DNA of 63,932 nucleotides, filler included, from Diploschistes diacapsis (taxonomy: Eukaryota), in assembly GCA_023645945.1 (NCBI GenBank). It is 4 parts of 4 records of this genome, joined end to end, with 100 filler letters (N's around TTAATTAATTAA, not from the genome) between each part and the next. Parts side by side here need not be neighbours in the genome. Positions count along the whole stretch, not along the records: positions 49,794 to 63,932 come from JALAIB010000615.1; 3 more parts are not named here. One strand, 5' to 3'. Numbering within the stretch: position 1 is the stretch's first letter; each line of letters begins with the position of its first letter. A program made the position numbers and the translations under genes. Shown here piece by piece: positions 58,963-63,932 of the stretch. The notes below the pieces were generated by a model. The model was not told the origin of the DNA. It did no database searches and worked only from the letters and a program-made list of their open reading frames with translations.

Positions 58963-61900
58963 ATGTCGGGCAATCATTTGTTCAACTTGTCTTCCCACCA
59001 GCGTCCTGGTTCGAAGTCGAGAGACGATAGTCAGGTCCATCTCGAAAATCTCCACAGTCTCGGCCTCTTACCTAAGAGAGCCGTGAACGAGTCTCGCGCT
59101 CAGCAGAGAGGTCCGTCTGACGCACTGTTTCTTAGTACCCGCCCCCAACGCCCAAAATCATGGACGATTCTATTATATGATAATAGAACTGTCTTTGACT
59201 TCTGCTTCGGTCGCTTGGCGCAAGCTTGCTGTGGATCCTTTGCTGACATGTCGTGCGATTGTATGTAGATCCCAAACGCCAGCATCATTACCAGCACTCT
59301 ACCACCCGCAGCGACGTGTCACAGTCATCTCACCAAGATTTATCGAAGCCAGGCTTCAAGAGACAGAGTTCGAACTACTCAACCCAATCGCTGCCGGCGA
59401 GACAGGCATCCAACAAGAGCAAAGACAGGCGGCATCCAGGCTATTCCGCCGTCAACCATACCTGGCAGCAGCCTCCGTACAGCAACGGCGTCCAGACCTC
59501 CTTCAACTGGAGATCCGGCCATCCGATGGCGGGCATGTTGGAGCTTGAGCGCTCCCGAACCCGCCGAGAGCGAACCTTCATGGGCACCGAGTGCGCCGTT
59601 TGCGAGGAACCGTTGGAACATAAGTTGCGGTGGGAGCGAGTCTTCCAATTCACTTGCGGACATGTATCACACGAGGCATGCTTCTACGAATACCTCAAAG
59701 GGTTCGACTCGCAACACTGTCCAACCTGCAATGCGCCGCTGGGATTAGATACCAGCAGAGGAGGCAACGTGCTCGATCTCGGTGGGTTCATGTCAAGCTG
59801 CAGGTAAAGAATATCAACTAACTTTCGGTACAGATAAATTGAGCACCATTGTTCGCTCAGTATCGCGCAATAATGAAAGGGATCATGGTCAACGTAGTAC
59901 CCAGAACACGCCGACGCCATGGGACAACCAGACGATCAGAGAGCGACCAAAAAGTGGAGAGTCGAACGCTATCCAACATGACAGCAAGGAAGGCAGGGAT
60001 TACCGGTCCGGCAACCAGTACTCACAACGCGACAGCAACAACAGCCAACAGCGCTATGCCGACGACTCGCAGCGACATCATGGTAGGAACACGAGCACAG
60101 GCACCGGCGTCGGGTCTTCCCAAGGAGATTATTCGGAATCCCAGGGGGGAGGACGAAGGCCGCATGATTATGATATACAGACGATGGAGTCGGAAATCAA
60201 CAGCCCACGGACGAACGTGCCAAAGCGACCGATCCCGCCTCCGACCGTCAACGTCAAAAGTGAATATCCTACGCTAACTCGTTCGAAGCAATCACAAACA
60301 CTCACCTGCCTGATCACCGTTGAGGTTCCCGAAGGCAAGTGGAGCCCCGATGCCAACGATCTGCGGCCTCCACCGCTGCCTCAAGTGAATCACCAAGAGA
60401 AGGAAGTCGTGCGTCCGAGATCCCCGGGTGACGATGTGACCGATCATTGCAACGAGACTGCAGAGGACCTTGAAGAAACCACGGAAGACCTGCGCATGCG
60501 CGTCGAGAACTGGCACGGTCTCGAGTTTGTGCGATTTGGTAAGCTCCGACTCTACGGTACCCTCCGCGTCAGCAGAGATCGATCGTCGTGGCAGGAACTC
60601 GAGTGCTTCTTGTTCGCCGAAATGCTCATCTGCATCAAAGAGAAGAAGGGTGCCGTTCCGGTTCACGCTGAAGGCAATCCTAAACGCAAGTTGTCCAAAT
60701 GCACCCTCAGAGGTTCAATCCTCATCAAGAAGCATTTGAAGCAAGTAGATTCACGTACAGGTATATCATTCCGGCACCCCATGAGATTCATTACCCTTAC
60801 CAAGCAATCTTACAGATGAAGCCAGCCTCTGCCTAAGTTTGGCCGTCCAAGAATTACCTCAATTCCACCTGCAGTTCCAGAGCAAGGCGCAACAGGAGCA
60901 GTGGAGGCGCGCATTCCTTAACCTGAACGCGCCTCAAGTCATGCAGGCCCCCGAACCGGAGCCAGACAATTCTGGCACGGATGATGAGGAATACCGCATC
61001 TCCCAACGCCGGAGGCACTCATCGATGGCTTCTTCCTGGGGCGCTGGGCGATCTGTCAACACGGCACCTACAGAGTACAGCAACCACGGCGATCAGCGAT
61101 TGCCGGCGGTCGTGCATGTTCCGTTGGATCTCGTCGTCGTCATACCCGTCTCATCCTCGATGCAAGGCTTGAAAATTGGTCTGCTGCGCGATGCTCTCCG
61201 CTTTTTGGTGCAGAATCTCGGCGCAAGGGACAGGATGGGTCTCGTCACGTTTGGATCCGGCGGTGGCGGTGTGCCTCTTGTCGGCATGACTACGCAGACA
61301 TGGTCCGGCTGGAACAAGGTCATCAACTCTATCCTACCCGTTGGCCAGAAGAGTCTGAGAGCGGACGTTGTTGAAGGTGCCAACGTCGCCATGGACTTGC
61401 TTATGCAGAGGCGGTCAAATAACCCGATTTCGACGATATTGCTCATCAGCGACTCGTCAACTTCGGACAGTGATAGCGTTGACTTTGTCATCTCAAGGGC
61501 GGAAGCCGCAAAGTAGGTTTTGACCCCCATGTTCGTGCAACGGTACTTGCGCATGCATGGCGGGTTACTTGCAGCTTGCACAGCAGATGCTAACATAGTT
61601 CTGCAGGATTGCGATCCATTCTTTCGGTCTTGGGACCAGCCACAAGCCGGACACCATGATCGAGCTCTCGAACCGCACAAAGGCCTCGTACACGTACGTC
61701 AAGGATTGGATGATGCTCCGAGAATGCGTTGCCGGCTGCCTCGGATCGCTGCAGACAACCTCACACCAGAACGCAAAACTAAAACTTCGCTTGCCAGAGG
61801 GCTCCCCAGCCAAGTTTGCAAAGATTTCTGGGGCCCTGCAGATTACCAAGCGTACTGCTGGTCGGGAGGCGGAAGCCTCGCTGGGCGATCTCAGATTTGG

Positions 61901-62831
61901 TGACAAGAGAGGTGAGCCATACCCCCAACTTCCCGTCCCTTTAATATTCCTTGTACCTGAACCATTCCTTGTAGACATTCTCGTGCAACTAGTCATCGTA
62001 CCCGACAACTCGTCGGAGGAACAGCTACCGCAAGATCATTGGGAGAGCATCGTCTCGGGGCTGGAAGCTCTGGGCGGATCTTACGAAACCGATGATGGAC
62101 GAACGCTTAGCGTCGAGGAAGTGCCATTGATTCAAGCGGATCTATCTTACGGAGATCTTCTCCGGGATGGCACCTTGTCTCATCTTCCGCGGCCTTCCCT
62201 GCTGGCGATCTCAATGCTCCCAGCCATCAGCAAGTCACCGAGGAATGGTCGACCAGCCACGCCACCAATCCCGCCCCATCCATCTATCGTCCAACGACGG
62301 ATGGAGCTTTTGACTTCCGATATGCTGACGCGCGCTCTATATTTGGTCTCGCGAGGCCAGCACGGTAGAGCCCAGCATCTCCTGCAAGAGACCAGATCGA
62401 TTCTGAAAGGTCTTGCAAAGGGAGGGCTGCCGCCCCTGCCTCCCCCGCCTACGCCACAGATCAACGGCGGTCATTCGCCTAACCCTGCGACTGAGTCACC
62501 CGAACGCCTGCCTTCACCGCCTCGATCCCACAGCCCAGGCGGATTTGGAGGTGCAGCATCCGGCGTGGATGTCGAGACCATGGGTGCTTTGGATACCGAA
62601 CTCGAATCAAGCCTGGAATGGATTGGCCATCCTGCTGTGTTCGGACGCGATAGTAGGAAAGCCGTACTTCAGGCCATTGGTGTCGTCAGTAGCCAACGCG
62701 CATACAGTTTCCGCACGCCATCCGAAAGTCTTTGGGCTGGACGCATCGCAGGCGTCAGGAAGCTCACAGCCTCGAGCAGAGAATGGAGAGAGGTTAGCGA
62801 AGAGTCTTCGACTGTCACCGAGGAAACTTGA
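58963..62831 (+). CDS. Ste5/Far1-like RING-H2, PH and von Willebrand A domain protein, about 6 exons
   Basis: RING CAVCEEPL..CGHVSHEAC..CPTC; PH-like FGKLRLYG..WQELECFLF; vWA PLDLVVVIPVSSSMQG..MGLVTFG..ILLISD. Predicted introns start at ~59110, 59782, 60761, 61513 and 61912. Confidence 0.9.
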
Positions 62832-63815
62832 ATGCGGAATCTTTCGATACCTCTCCAAGCCCCCTCCACGACAATTTTCTTTGATTCAACATTCATGACC
62901 GGACAACACATATGATGAGGTACGATGCATTACCATCACGGCTTGATCTGCACGTCCCATATGACTAGTTTCCCTCGATATTCACTTTGATTTGTCAACC
63001 ACCCATCTGGCAACACTCGCTCGGCTTCTCGCGTTCATTACCCTAGGCATAAGGGACGACTTTAGCAGATCACACTGATTGGATTTTGTTTACTTGATTT
63101 TCGACATACCCCCCAAACCCGTCTGGTTAGATTTTAGAATTCTGTTTTTACATCGACTTGGTTATGTCATTTTTGGATTACGGTATGTCCCTACATAGAA
63201 ACCAGTTAAGGATTTGGAAAGAATGCCGGTTTGGTTGGTGGTGATCCCAGGGGCTATGAATAGGATTGGAAAACGGCGCCACTGAGTTGTTATATAGCAG
63301 CAGGCTATGTCCCTAAGATCATCATCAAGATCTTGTAGTATTAATCACGGATACCCCTCAAAGTGAGCTACTACGAATAGATGACCTCTCTGCGGTATAT
63401 AGAGCGTAGCCTTTGAGTCGAGTGAGCCGTTCCCTGTGCTCTATTAGGTTTCAGCATTACACGCTTGTTGCATCTCTCCTCCTTCGTTACTGAACATTTT
63501 CTGATTTTACCAGAGCGATCACTCACTGGCTCCAAATTATTTGGAACAAAAGATGGGGGATCCCAAAAAACGTGAATCGTAATCCCAGGTAGAGGCACGA
63601 CTTATCCTATACACTTACTTCCACAAACATTCAAGAAGAGGCCCAGTTCAGCGGGAACCCCCAACAAAATGCATCCGCACCTAAGGGCAAGCACGAATCC
63701 AAAAAAGGAAAGACCAACACCCTTCATGCTCCGTGCTCTCTTATCAGTTCGTCCCAAAGAAAAAGGGAAAACAGAGCACTACCTTCTCCACAAGCGCAAC
63801 CAATAACGCCCTCGT

Positions 63816-63816
<1 letters not shown>

Positions 63817-63859
<43 letters not shown>
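63817..63859. repeat. (CA)n microsatellite
   Basis: About 21 CA units. Confidence 0.97.
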
Positions 63860-63862
<3 letters not shown>

Positions 63863-63932
63863 CAACAACTCCATCAAGCAAAATATCTCACTCTCGCTCT
63901 CGCCCTCACCCAACCCTCCCCCCCCTTGCCCC

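Overview
Genomic DNA of a filamentous ascomycete (Pezizomycotina), with short GT-AG introns, CTRAC branch sites and RIP-like mutated repeats. The window is not one locus. It is four contigs joined by an identical 100-nt artificial linker (N44-TTAATTAATTAA-N44) at 16514-16613, 33119-33218 and 49694-49793, apparently in size order (>=16513, 16505, 16475, >=14139 bp), so adjacency across linkers carries no information. Contig 1 (1-16513) is accessory DNA. It holds a complete 1277-bp RIP-inactivated impala-like Tc1/mariner element inserted into a probable secreted LxAR/EAEA pro-peptide gene with a cationic glycine-zipper C-terminus, a foldback repeat array beside a PIF/Harbinger transposase relic, an atypical fungal kinase, a zinc-finger gene, decayed hypothetical genes and a hAT-like terminus. 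Contig 2 (16614-33118) holds a decayed secreted Pro/Gly-repeat gene, a frameshifted AflR-like Zn2Cys6 regulator, a Ty3/Gypsy relic, a divergent frameshifted CAX exchanger, intact PTH11-like and MBOAT_2 acyltransferase genes and a short LTR. Contig 3 (33219-49693) has two MFS transporter pseudogenes followed by conserved genes: GPR89/GPHR, SGF29, mannose-6-phosphate isomerase, PEX4, PI-PLC and a cupin. Contig 4 (49794-63932) has MVD1 (5'-truncated), ELP1/IKI3 and a Ste5/Far1-like RING-PH-vWA gene. All calls are from motif recognition by eye; no database searches were run.
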